Shown: piece by piece, positions 13,001 through 23,826 of the stretch | Position numbering within the stretch: position 1 is the stretch's first letter | Layout of the letters: each line of letters begins with the position of its first letter | NCBI GenBank assembly: GCA_977016875.1 | Contig: CDRNST010000218.1 | Location: forward strand, 1,302,001 to 1,366,000 | Length of the DNA: 64,000 nucleotides | Reading direction: 5' to 3' | From: Pavona decussata | Taxonomy: Eukaryota | Program-made: the position numbers and the translations under genes | Notes under the pieces: generated by a model | What the model was told of the DNA's origin: nothing | The model's database searches: none | What the model saw: the letters and a program-made list of their open reading frames with translations, nothing else

Positions 13001-13363
13001 AGACATGACATTAAGCCGCGGTTCGCCACCATTGCACAGCAGCGACCTCAGCCGCAGATCCCTGTGAGATATGGAGCGAACCTGTCAGATTCAGGTCCAA
13101 CACCGACCCCTCCTGTAACAGCACCAGCTGTCTCTAAAGTAACAGAACCAGTACAATCAGCACCTTCTCTGAAAGATGTATCACACACTGTGCCAAGATC
13201 ACCATCAGCCACTAGCACTAAGGAAGTAACTCTGAAGGAGAAGCCGAAGACCAGTGATGCAATGACCAATCCCCTACCATCGGATTTCACACCAATGCTG
13301 ACAAGATCACGTGCAGGACGTGAAATAAGGCCACTGAGACAACCGGACTTTGTTTATTCTTGA
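10052..13363 (+). CDS. pol: Pol: aspartic protease, reverse transcriptase, RNase H, integrase
   Basis: VDTGA; LCLDPRNLN, LPFG, CADD; TDAS...YSNIERE...TDHKPL; HDAH...CDEC, VDYFS, SDNGP, SNGRAER. In frame with gag after a single TGA. Confidence 0.95.
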   Translation: MFAPVLFYLKGNNNPTLKGKVDTGAMVSCIPASMLSQIGLSMKDLKPSDATIRGMSGADLQNCGTVDVNVTCNDITAKAKFYVIKHEYAFILGLGFCTKFKLVTIAPVCLQQCISLEPNQVEAVHITDESEADYHKLKQKWKEHLPLGRKTGDPLQDLKQIFPETFDGQVGLFEGEVHLKLSLDAKPVQLPPRAVPQSIMPQLKKELDKMEQEGIIRPCPETTEWVHNLVTVVKKDGSLRLCLDPRNLNKYLIRNVHYTASWEDAQHSFKNGQYFSTLDAKSGYWTKKLDEQSQLLTAFNTPFKKYCFVRLPFGLSASSEIFCEQIDRILSGIPGTFPCADDVKVQGSTEPRHDIHLLETVERACKAGLKFNPDKCCIKKQQIEYFGRIITPQGIKPCPRKVKSIAMLAAPKDKEELQSLLGTVNFMSTFIPNLTRKTHLMRSLLKRDTHFLWTSDMQKELDTIKNEIVNAVQLTHYDPNRPAVIETDASLKGLGAVLIQDEKPVRFLSKALTPAETNYSNIERELLAVLFACERLHTYTFGRKVSIHTDHKPLQSIFQKPISLAPARLQRMLLRLSKYDIQVKYVGSKSVLLADTLSRLIELADAKEIPGLDITITQILKVEPNRLESLQEETKSDSNLTQLTDLIITGWPDSMQDLPENLHFYWCIRDELAVLDGLVMKGNRVVIPTSLRRGTLNRLHDAHQGLTSTLQRARRTVYWPKLQDDITEMIQKCDECQKYGNKKPRPSERQITAARPMEIVGMDLLNFRGQHALVTVDYFSGFVTYDNLNSETTEAVTKVLNNNFRKFGLPEKIISDNGPCFKSTSFQRFCEQLDIGHITSSPHYHQSNGRAERAIATVENILKKSANDIDITKALTTYLDTPVSDTLPSPAELFYNRRINARLSMTMIPAPLTDQQKAHLSDKRSAHLKSSKQDIQTHIPDQPIWFTDDKSEEWKPGYIESKDAAPDSYWIINDQSNRRLRRNRHDIKPRFATIAQQRPQPQIPVRYGANLSDSGPTPTPPVTAPAVSKVTEPVQSAPSLKDVSHTVPRSPSATSTKEVTLKEKPKTSDAMTNPLPSDFTPMLTRSRAGREIRPLRQPDFVYS

Positions 13364-13483
13364 ACTTTATTTCGCTTTATGTGATTCAGACTTCATGATT
13401 GATTGATTGGAATGACAATGATTTTTCAGCCAATGGTTTAATATTCTACCCTTTTGGTTCTAAAACCATCTTAAACGGGGACA

Positions 13484-13670
13484 TGTTATGTTATGCCAAT
13501 AGACGTTTCGTGACTCTTACTTATAGTATGTTTTGTTATAAGGACATTTCGTGAATGATACATGATATAACTTGTGTGATGGACCTCGTGCTTTGGAGAG
13601 CCAGCCATGTTTGTTTGCCAATCTATCAGGTTGAGTTAATGTTCTAAAATAAAACTACAAAACTACAACA
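13484..13670 (+). repeat. 3' LTR
   Basis: Direct repeat of 8647-8833, preceded by purine-rich AAACGGGGACA. Confidence 0.95.
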
Positions 13671-14099
13671 GATGTGACGCTAAAGTTATCAACCGAACCC
13701 TCTACATCAACAAAGAAGCTTTCAATGTTACCAACATTCCACACGATTTTCGTCCCACTGCCCCTTAATTTCCATCAACAGAAATTTACGGTTGCTTCTG
13801 CCCAGATTTTAACCTGGAACCCGCTTTGGCTATTCCCGGACACCGATCAAGGTTTCACTGTAGTTTGATATGTTTGTGAGGCTTAGTCTGTATGTAAGTT
13901 GCTGTGTTATTTATGTTCATGTTTGTTTTGTACTTTATAATACGATAAGATTCTTGCTACTCGTGTTTCCATCGTTTCCCTTTTTATGCGATTGCTTAAT
14001 TGAATCTTTAGTTACCGAAAAAACTGCTCGCAAAAAATTGCCTTTGGAAGCTTTGCGTTCTCCGTCACCCGGGCCTGTTGCTCGCACCTTCAGAAAAAA

Positions 14100-14855
14100 T
14101 CGTTGATTTTAATTCCCTTGATTTAAAATGCCTGTCGTTAAATGTCAGAGGTCTAAACAAGTCTGTGAAACGTCGTTTACTTTTTCGGTGGTTACATAAA
14201 CAAAAACAAGATTTCATATTCCTGCAGGAGTGCTACAGCACTAATTTATGCACATCCACATGGGAAAATGAATGGGGAGGTGGACTCTAGAAATGAAATT
14301 CTTTGAACCACCAACCTCCCAAAATAAAATTTTGAGACATGGCTTTACCGAAAAAACACTTGAAAAAGTATACCAGTTACCGTTTAAAATTACAAAAGAG
14401 GTCAAACTAGTGATGTTTCAGTATAAAATTATACATAACATACTACCCACCCAATTTAGCTTACACCGCGATGGAATAGCCGAAAGTGACATCTGTCCTC
14501 GATACAAAAATGAGAGACCAACCTTATACCACTTGTTCGTCCTCTGCACCAAAGTGCACTCCTTCTAGAATACATTTCAAGACTGGTGGCTAGAGAGGAC
14601 CCATGACAAGCTTTCTTTAAATCAAAGTAATATACTTTACGGCTTTTTCGAAAAATCTTCATATTGGCAGGCTTTAAACTACTCAATACTCATAGCAAAA
14701 TACAACATCTTCTGTACAAGCAAAGGCGGGGGTGTACTGAGCTTCCAAAGCTTCCTTTTACGACTTTCCGATAAAATTCAGACTCTACAACAGATTGCTG
14801 TCGCTAATAAGTGTTTGTCAAAATTTAAACTTAGACGGGCATTTCTTCTTCCTTA
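14100..14855 (+). pseudogene. L1-type ORF2 remnant: endonuclease N-terminus joined to C-terminal zf-RVT region; RT missing
   Basis: CLSLNVRGLN...IFLQE...WENEWGG is immediately followed by FQYKIIHNILPT...C...TLYHLFVLC. Confidence 0.85.
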
Positions 14856-17074
14856 AAAATTGCTTTACATAAATATATATTTTTTTCTTTTAATTTAGTA
14901 AGAATCTTTAGCAGTTGCTTTCTAGCTTGATCATTTTGTACGGAATCACTGTAAAATTTGTAAAAATTGTATTTGATGTAAAGTAATGTTTTGTTAGTAA
15001 AAATAAGAAAAAGTGTTCACTAAAAGACAGAGTGTTATTCCCGTAAGTAGTGTGAACATTGTAAGCACTTTTAGTTTTGTAAGTATAGTAAGTATTGTTA
15101 ACAATGTAGATATAGTCATTGTGGTTTGTACTCTGTGTATTATAAGTAATGTTAATAGTGCTCAGTTTTGTAAATATCATGTCATGTATGCAAATAAAAA
15201 TTGTTAAAAAAAAAACGACAATTCACTCATGGTTTGAAAGTAGATCTTGGATCTACTAATCAATCAGTTTTGTCTAACAATGCATTCTTCTTATATACAT
15301 GACAAAATTAGGTTTAGTAAAATTATGCGCTATAACATTATTCTGATATACATGTATTAATAGCTACTGAATTATAGCTATTATTACACTATTTACATTT
15401 TTAAGATTTGAAAGGCACAAATAACCAGTTAAGTACATGGTTTCCTACCATTAATGAAGATGTTTTCAATGTCACTGACAAGAGGATGCAGGAAAGGTCC
15501 AGGGAGCGAATCCCACTACATACACCTGGTAAGTATTCCTCCGTTCAGCTTTAGCCATGTTTGCAATGTTCACTCTATTGCACCTGTTAATATAAATAAG
15601 GTGTAGAACAGTTTTAATTTAGTATTATATGGAAACAACTCGATAATCACATGCAGGGCAAGTGACTGCTTTGTACTGAAATATAACAAAGACAATGTTC
15701 TGCAAGATAGAAAATGATAGATGTGCTCCAGGGTATCCAAAGGGTTGCCACCCATCCCAGTGTCCAATAAGTGCGATGTTGCAGGGGTCACCTCGAGCAT
15801 AGGATGGTGTGTGCTCCCACCTTGCTCCACATTCAGGACATGTGATTATGTGCCTGTCCTCTTCTTTTGGAAATGCCTTGATCTCATCGACACTTATTAC
15901 GTTATCACAGTATTGACATTTCACAGGTAGCATCCAGTGGGAATCTGGGTTCCAAAACCATTTGAGCTCGTTGAATCTTTCACCATTCCAGATCTCCTTC
16001 AGTGTGAAGTTTGCACCTTCACCTTGTATCCAATGCTCTTTCTCATCCCAATGCGCCATCATTTTCTTGCACATGGTATGGTTTGCACACCACATTTGAA
16101 TTTTGTTGGAGATACCCAAGTAATAGTATTTGATAGTGCCTTTCTTTCTGCAATGTCTGCACTTTGCCTCAGCACTTTCCATGACATCCCACTGTGAATA
16201 ATGGCTGTCATCCAGACAGATAAAAAATTCTTTAGGGGCTTTGTATCCACACCTTTTGAGAACTGATTGCGTCTCTTGCCAATGTCGGAGCCACTTTTCA
16301 TCTAAATGACTGTCATTTCTACAATACAACTCCTTAGCAAATTGGAGGATGTCTTCGAAATCGGAGATTGATCCTTGCATTTGATCAGTTAAATTCAAAG
16401 CTTTTAGTATGGCAATGGTTATTTCAGTGTCTTCATCAATATAGGCATCACTCTCTATAGAGGCGTCAGATTCCATTGAAACTGGTGAACATGGGATGGT
16501 ATTACAATTTTCAGATGTCAAATCACTATGAGCAGTGTCTACAGTAATGCATAAATCGTTTCCGCTAGTTATAACATTATCTATGGATGCATTTGTCTTG
16601 TGTATAAAGTCATCCCTAGCAGATGTAGAAGAGATAATTTCATCGGCGATTCCAGAGTCGTTGAGATCTCAACTTCGATCTTCCATTGTTTGGGAAAAAA
16701 GCAATGTTTATAAGCTTACCTAATACATGCTGCTACGAACAAAACAGTGAGCCTTTGTGCTCCAGGTGCAAAAAATACTTACAAGACTGATAAATTGGCC
16801 TTTAAGCTAAGGAAATAATTAGGAAGAACAGTGTTCAAGCACATTGTAGCATTTGAAGTTTTATCGCTCTTCAACGATGCCTAACTAAGCTCACCCACGG
16901 ATTTTATCGATATCCTTTTGTGTCTTCCAATGACTATTATCGACGGATCATGCAACTGCAATATCATCACACTTAGAGCAAGGACAATGAATGTGCCTGA
17001 ATGGTAACTCTGAACAAAAGCAACTAGCGATGTCATTTCTGGACTAAAGTTCAGGCTCCAACCTTCGCTTTTTA

Positions 17075-18598
17075 CAGGGCATACCCAATCGATGAAAATC
17101 GATGATCGGAAAAGCAATCGATCAATCGATGCCAATCGATGTATGTTAGTTAACTACGCAATGGTTGCGTCGTACCTAGATCCGATGCAAAACTTTTAAT
17201 TTATTTTTCTTAGTATTCCAACAGGTCTCTGCCCACACGCTGAGAACATGGAATTGTCAGTAATACCAGTCAGTTCTATCCAGAATTCTGAAAATTACAC
17301 CGAGCTGAGATTGCGTGTGACGTAGAACAGCTAGCGTACAACACAGTCAAAATACAACAATCAGCTCAACAATGTGTTGCTTTGGAAGTTTTAAATCATA
17401 AACATAACTGTAATTAAACACAATAAAACATGAATAAAATAAATTCACAAATGATTACGCATGTTTTGTATTTTATCTCTTTATTCATTCCAGTTCATTC
17501 TCAGTTCAGCGTCAGCTGCATTACAAATCTGGTTTAACTAGTATCCTCTTCCAGCGCATACTGCCCTGGTGTATACGCCTTGGTTCTCTCCAAGGGGCAG
17601 TGATTTTGAAACCAGGTGGATACCTGTAGAAGAAAAAAAACAATATGCTTTAGTTATTATGAAATTATTCCCATTAGCATAAATCCTACTTTTTTCAGTT
17701 TTTTTTTTTTTACACTCTGCGCAACAGTGACCCTGGCCGCAACTACAATAGTCACTGGCGTGGTGCAAGCACGCACAGACACTTGGGTAACACCAACTCA
17801 CCCACGTGTAGGGAAGGTGTAGCTGATTTTTCAGTCATGACTTCAATAAGAATTTCCCTTCTGGTTATCCTTTTTCTGCCGATTTTGAATACCTTTGGTG
17901 CACCTCACACGAGCCTTAATACTATCCTGAAGCAGCTTAATTCTTTGGGATGTTCGATTTCTTCGCCAGACAACTTTGAAAGCAGTTTAAGATGCGGTGC
18001 TTGTCAAGTGACTCTAAGTTATCCGCAGAAAACCCATAAAGCTGTTTGGATGCTAAAACGGCATTCAAGGGAGGCGGTTCATCAAGTGAAAGCTGGTTGG
18101 ATACTTGACAATGAAAACAATGTGAAACGATCCAAGCCGAGAGGTAAATTTTACTAATTTTAGCACTCATTTTACGTTTATAAAACATCATAATACCTGG
18201 TCTTTTTCGAGGCCCAGTGACGACGTCAGAGGCTCGATCATCGAGCTTGTCGGCAGCCCTTTTGACGCTTTATATACCGTGTCCATTGCTGCCAGCTCCA
18301 TCAAGAGACTCTGCCTTTGGAAATCATGACTGAAAATAACAATAATAACCAATAGATGAAAATTGTTAAAGAATCGATGCCAATTAATCGATTGATATTG
18401 ATAATCGATGACAATCGATGCCAATTAATCGATTGATATTGATAATCAATAACAATCGATGCCAATTGATCGATTGATATTGATAATCGATGACAATCGA
18501 TAATCACACAAACCTGGACGATCGATTGTTCATCGATTATAAATATCAATCGATTAATTGGCATCGATTGTCATCGATCATCGATTTGGTACGCCCTG
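17075..18598. mobile_element. non-autonomous TIR element (hAT- or P-like) with ATCGAT-rich subterminal repeats
   Basis: TIR CAGGGCATACCCAATCGATGA / TCATCGATTTGGTACGCCCTG. 7-bp TSD CTTTTTA. Confidence 0.85.
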
Positions 18599-18613
18599 CT
18601 TTTTAGCGGCCAT

Positions 18614-18855
18614 ATTTCACGAATAAAAAACGCATAAGCTAGAAAAAAAATTTCCTGCACAAAAATAACATCACGCCCTTTCTTATGTGAACCAATCACA
18701 ACTTCCTATGACGTTGACGTCACCAAGCCTTGCACGAGGCGCGGAAGACCAGTCAGTGTTCATGCAGTTGTGGGGAATATTTGTTATTGTGGAGGCGGTC
18801 TGTTGTTTTCGGTGGACGCTTGGTGGAGAGAACCAAAAAGGGCCCCGTGCAGGAA
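18614..18855. promoter_or_regulatory. putative bidirectional promoter
   Basis: CCAAT (18692), ACTTCCT (18701) and TGACGTCA (18715) lie between divergent ATGs at 18613 (-) and 18856 (+). Confidence 0.45.
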
Positions 18856-21388
18856 ATGAGTGTTAAAGACGTAAAGAAGTTTATCGAAAAAGATTTTTTA
18901 GTTGACATTGCTGAGAAGTTCGAGGGTAAGTTGTAAGCTTATAATTTCGTGCCATTTGTACATGTAAAATCTTTCTGCTTGAATGTGACCTGAAATTAAA
19001 CTTTGTTTTTAATGCAGTCCCTCAATTCAGTTTGACTTACATTGTTGCATTCTGTGAATGAACTATGAAGCGGTTAAAGTCTGTATCCCTTTGTTACTGT
19101 GAAAACAACTTGCTTGGCTCTTCCTCAGATGGTTCAGGTGTCGCTGGTTTGCATGTTAGTTTTGGCGCGGAAAAAAAAAAACGAAATTGTAAAGGTAAAA
19201 AAAAATGCTGTGAATTTTAATCTAGGAAACATTTACAACATGCGAGCTGAAGATATTTACATCACGTTTTACAAAGTAGGTTTTTAAGAGGTCCTAGGAA
19301 TCCTGCAGTCTTTTTATAGACGGGCCCGGGCGCCGAAATCTTGCAGAATGAATCACAAAGATGGCGGCCGCGACTGCCTGTAAGCGTACACATATTTTAG
19401 CTACAAGTAGTTTAGCTTTACTGTCATACAGGTTATCTGTGTTGCGTCTTATGCTTTCTTTACCTTGACCGGAAAAATTACACTTGACTTATTGTTGTGT
19501 TCACGAGAATCTCAGTTCAGTTTTTTATTTACGTTTTGGCCGTTTTTTTAAGCTTAAGCTTAAGCTTAAAAAGATTACATTATTATCTGTACTCTGGAAA
19601 ATACGTTTTCCTTACCGCTTGTTTATATCCTACTGAAACGGAACAAAAAATAGCTGGAAATGCCACGATGCTCGCCAAAGGGCCAACCAAGCAGCAATAC
19701 GAAGCCTGTGGGCTAATGACCGTTTCGGATTAACTCAAACTGACCAAACTTGTCAATACTGCTGTCGATGTTAATGAGTCTCGCAGCTGTATGATCACTA
19801 GTACTGTAGTACAAAAAAGAAACCCTCGAGATCTCAGCTAATGGAAGTAAACAAAATTAATCGAAGGATCTACAAGACCAAGTGAGTAAGACTCGTATTC
19901 TTTATAATTTTGATGAAAGGAATTTCTTCAGGCGATTTCATCAGCTTTTAATACAGACATGCAAGTGTATGTGGGGGAGGGGGGGATTCTTGCCGGGAGT
20001 GTTCGTCTGAAGCCTGTTTGATTGGACCAGAAAAACTTCATAATTCATAACAAGAAAAATAAATAAAACAGATAAATCCCATGATCTCCATAATAAATAT
20101 CATAAAAAGAACAAAAAGCGTTGCTTTTAACCCTGCCTTTTTGATGTACAACGTCGAACTAGAGCCTTGACATCTACAAGGATGTGAAATCGTCTTTAAA
20201 ACATGGCACATTCACACACATGGAATCAAGGGAGACTGGGACTCTGCATGAATAATAATGGCCTATTTGAATCTTTCCTTTTCAGGAAAAAAGCAATCAG
20301 AGCGGCAGGTATAAGGAAAAGGCCAGAGAATGATTTGCCCAAATTCAAAACTACCAAAGTGGCATTGGAGCAATTAAATCAGCTTGTGGAAAAACTTGTT
20401 CCAGACTGCTCATTTGAGCCTTTGAACTTTGGCTGAAACGGTATAAAGCAGCACATACTGGATGTACTAAACAAGTGAAGAAGGCATCAAAGGAGTGGGC
20501 ATGACTACACTATGGTGAGCAGCCAATCACATTTCATTGACACATACCTCTATTAAGCCCCCTAGGGAGGCTTATTTCAAGCGCATTTGAGGAGGGAGGG
20601 GGGGCTTATTATAATTTAGCAAAACGCTAGCAGTTTGCCACTCATTGATAACCGTAACTATATTATTTTTAGTACAAGTACTGGTTATATTTCCCCCAAA
20701 GCTCAAGCACTGTGTATGTGAAATCATGCCCAGATTGGAATGGTACAAATGTACCAATATTACAGTCTGTTGTTTATTGTTTTGGTTGTGAAGAAAAGAA
20801 GGGGGGCTTAATAATTTTTTTCTACTCCAAAAACTGAGGGGCCTTAATGGAAGATTTACGGTATATGCACAATCAGAAACTCAATAAGGTATTACTTGTC
20901 ACCAGTCTTTCTTGATCATGGGAGATGATCAAACCATGCCCCATCCCTCCCTGCTACATTTTTGTTGACAACACTTGTTTCATTTGGGGTATTTTTGAAA
21001 TTAAGAAATTTTAGGTAGTTTGTTAATGATTTACACTGTAGTATGTCCAATTTCACATATATCCTCAATGGGGTAGAAAAAAGAAATAATCAAATCCAAG
21101 ATAGACGTTATTAATACATCACCATGCTGGAAATAAACAATTTGCGATACATTGCATACCATTGAATAAGCACTTTTTCAAATGCAGGCTGATAAAAGAA
21201 CTTTGAAACGAAAAACTGACACTGATCATGGAAGCCCTAAAGCTACAGTAACTGGTGAAAGTGGTAGCAGTGGAACTGAAAGCAGCAGTACTGGAACTGA
21301 AAGTAACAGTTGCAAAGTACAAATTTGAGTGTTGCAGATGAAGAGGAGTCTTCAGGGGATACAGAGGAAGTATCAGATGAAGAAGAAG
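18856..21388 (+). pseudogene. degenerate multi-exon gene with SAM-like first exon; probable second gene of the CACTA-like element
   Basis: MSVKDVKKFIEKDFLVDIAEKFE is followed by a GTAAG donor. Further AG/GT-bounded exon-like blocks at ~20286-20514 and ~21189-21388 contain stops. Confidence 0.4.
20548..20863. mobile_element. MITE remnant (Tc1/pogo-like ...TTTACGGTA end)
   Basis: CCTCTATTAAGCCCCC / GGGGCCTTAATGGAAGATTTACGGTA imperfect inverted ends. Confidence 0.5.
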
Positions 21389-22947
21389 GTATGTTTTTTT
21401 ACATGATAAATGTGTTAATGTTGCCATATGCTTGTGGTCTAGTATACCTATCCTTTTTTTTCAGTAATGCCAATGTAGCTTTATAAAACAAAGGAACCCT
21501 TCTAAATAATTCATGTTGACAACTCCTGAAAATGTCAAGTGTATTGGGCACTTGTGAGACATGGCTACTATATTTAAAGTCATGGTTGTGAATTATTTGT
21601 ATATTTGTTTCGGGTCTCCCGGACACCACAGTCAACACAGTAATCTGCGTAGCCTATAATGCCATCAAGATCTCCGATGTGTCAAGAGCCAACTGCAGTC
21701 TTCTGTGAAGCAGCTACATTTAAAAAATGCCAGCAAGTGTAAAGACAAACGTGATTTAATTCGTCTTGTTGCAAAAGTTCTTCTAGACCAAGCTTACTTG
21801 AAAATTGCAGGCAACTGCTCAAAGCCTTCAAGAAATGATATCATTAAGCTGAAGCCATTATAGGGAAAATCAGTAACTTGTAGGCCTAGGGTTGACTGTA
21901 TCCTGGAATGCCTTTAGTTTGTTTGATTTCTTAATATGCACTTATTGACTAGGCAGGTTAACTTGAAATTTGTCATGAACTCAAAATAGTCACTAGAAAT
22001 AATCAAGTAAACTGACTTTATCTAGCTATTCAAACCATGTGTTTTCGGAGGAAAATTTATCTTGCCTGCAATGATTTGCATGTTGATCCAGGAATCCCAT
22101 TTGCAATTGGGGCTAGTGCTTGATGAATAAAGTATGCAAGCTTTAATAAATGTTAAACAACCAAAATTTAAAAATATTATTAGTCCTACATGTAGCCCAG
22201 TGTTTGTTCTTTTAGGGAAAAAAACTCAAGTCCAATTGTACATGTATTTTACCAGTTATCAAGGCCTTAGTTTGTGCCCTCTACAGGGTTCACACGGTCA
22301 ATAGAAAGTCATTGAATTTGATATTGGCATTCCAAGCCTGGACAAGTCAAGGAATTTTAATTGGAGAAATGAAATGTTGGTTTGTTGTGATATGAGTGTT
22401 AAATTCAGCTCACAGTATGAAATTTGAATTTTGAAGTCTCAGATGTGACTGCATGAGAGAGATGAGGTTTTTGAGAATCTGATGAAATATCAAATCTTCA
22501 TTAAGTTGCCTGGTTTTTTTTTAAGACCCTGTGAGACAAAAGTTAATTTTTGGAAGAAGCTTTCTTAAAAGAGCTCTTTTCAAAGGTGTGATTGAAATGC
22601 CAATTTTTATTCCAACACACAGCTGTAGTTTTTGTGTGACCCTGTGTGCCTGGCATAATAAATTGTACTAAGTATTAAAATTATGGACAATGGGTTTGTC
22701 ACTTCTTTTCTGGTCGAGTTTTAATCAGTTGAGGTTAATAATTTTTATAATTCACACAGCCTGTCAAAGAAAGGGAAAGAAACAATATTAGATCATGTAA
22801 CAATTAGTTACTCAACCTCCCTCTGATCTGATCATGAGAACCTGGCAGCTTTCAAGTTTTGATGGACAGTACATCCATGCAATTAGAATTTGTTTCCTTG
22901 CTTTGAGGTGGGTTCCTATTGTCTGTAGTCAGCACTCTAACTGTGTA

Positions 22948-23140
22948 CAGTCGAACCTGTATATAACGGCCCTGTATTAAGCGGCCAGTTTTTAAAGTCC
23001 CGATTGTTTGCTCATACAAACGCTGTATTTGTTACCTGTATTAGGCGGCCACCTCTGTTAAGCAGCCGCGGCCACCCTGTGGCAGTCCTATGTTTGTCTT
23101 TCTTTGTTATTTTTACCTGTGTTAAGCGGCCACCCTTGAA
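22948..23140 (+). mobile_element. Tigger-like transposon left end
   Basis: TA|CAGTCGAACCTGTATATAACGG with repeated TTAAGCGGCCA motifs. No matching right end found. Confidence 0.55.
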
Positions 23141-23531
23141 TGGAAAGTAAGCCATATGTTATTTTATGTGGTGTTTTATTGTGTTTTAAATGCGATCCAG
23201 CATCACTATCAAGAAATAACATGTGCAAAGCTACTGTAAGCTGATACTCGGCCGTTTAATATAGTTAACGTTTTTCAGATGTCCGCAATGTGGTGAAGTA
23301 CAGGACCATATCACGAACCCTAAAAAAAGTTTGTTTTGAATATGCTTCACTCTTTAGCAAGAAATTCCTCTTTAATTAACTTGTTCTTCAGCCATTTGAC
23401 ATTGAACATTGAGCGTAACAACTATGAAATGCGGAATGGAATATTCTGTTGTGAACTGTAAGTCATAGAAATAGAGCACTGTACACCATAGAAGAGTAGA
23501 GGACAATTTATTGTATAGTACTTTTACACAA

Positions 23532-23826
23532 TGTTACGTATATTATACCGTTAAGTTACAAATTGACACTGAACTTTGTTTTTAAAAAGTATTGATCACT
23601 TGAAAGAGTGTTGATTGTCTATTGTTTCCTTGCATGAAGTGTTTTTTTGTATGATTCGCCAATAAAATTGACATTAGACCACGCCCAGTGAGTATTTTTA
23701 ATGATCCTTGTTTCATGCTCAGTTTAATCCACCATTGATCAGTATCCAGCGTTCTACACGACATCGGTATGTAACTCGGTCCTAGTCTAGTTAATCATTA
23801 ATACTAATCACATACATATTGTAACA
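23532..23826 (-). repeat. 3' LTR (single copy in window)
   Basis: TGTTAC...GTAACA inverted termini next to the PPT. Confidence 0.75.

Larger units (their letters stand above)
8647..13670 (+). mobile_element. full-length Ty3/Gypsy LTR retrotransposon (Mag-like), recent
   Basis: 187-bp TG...CA LTRs with 2 differences that I could see. 5-bp TSD GATGT, PBS, purine tract, order gag-PR-RT-RH-IN. Confidence 0.97.
7883..13768 (+). pseudogene. L1-type ORF1 (coiled coil + RRM + CTD), frameshifted ~8512 and split by Gypsy at 8647-13670
   Basis: LEDYTRRENLRFMNIPE, AVHRVGK and IIARF motifs. The shifted frame YITKDYARAIQEERKTLI...KEQG resumes after the LTR as DAKVINRTLYIN. Confidence 0.85.
6655..15213 (+). 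mobile_element. L1/Tx1-type non-LTR retrotransposon with intact ends and internally deleted ORF2; hosts two insertions
   Basis: 16-bp TSD AACGACAATTCACTCA (6639-6654 and 15214-15229). 5' GGGGGGGTCAAGATGGC, ORF1, endonuclease and zf-RVT remnants, AATAAA and poly(A). Confidence 0.9.
6355..18613 (-). pseudogene. spliced CACTA/EnSpm-like transposase gene, degenerate and interrupted
   Basis: Exon 1 reconstructs as MAAKKRR...HIHCPCSKC after removing 17075-18598. ORF 15625-16521 has KYYYLG...LKEIWNGERF...IALIGHWDGWQPF. Exon ~15590-15449 ends HPLVSDIENIFIN with a GT donor. An AG acceptor at 6441-6440 precedes G.VDY...IRLLILL.TG. Confidence 0.65.

Noticed and set aside
18188-18564. ORFs with repeated IDYQYQSINWH
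   Set aside because: Translation of ATCGAT subterminal repeats.
19920-19950. Hammerhead ribozyme core (CTGATGA...GAAA on the minus strand)
   Set aside because: I could not form the required flanking helices.
22285-22360. Partner TIR for the hAT-like halves
   Set aside because: Only CAGGGTTC is shared, the subterminal motifs differ and no TSD matches; probably a related family's end.
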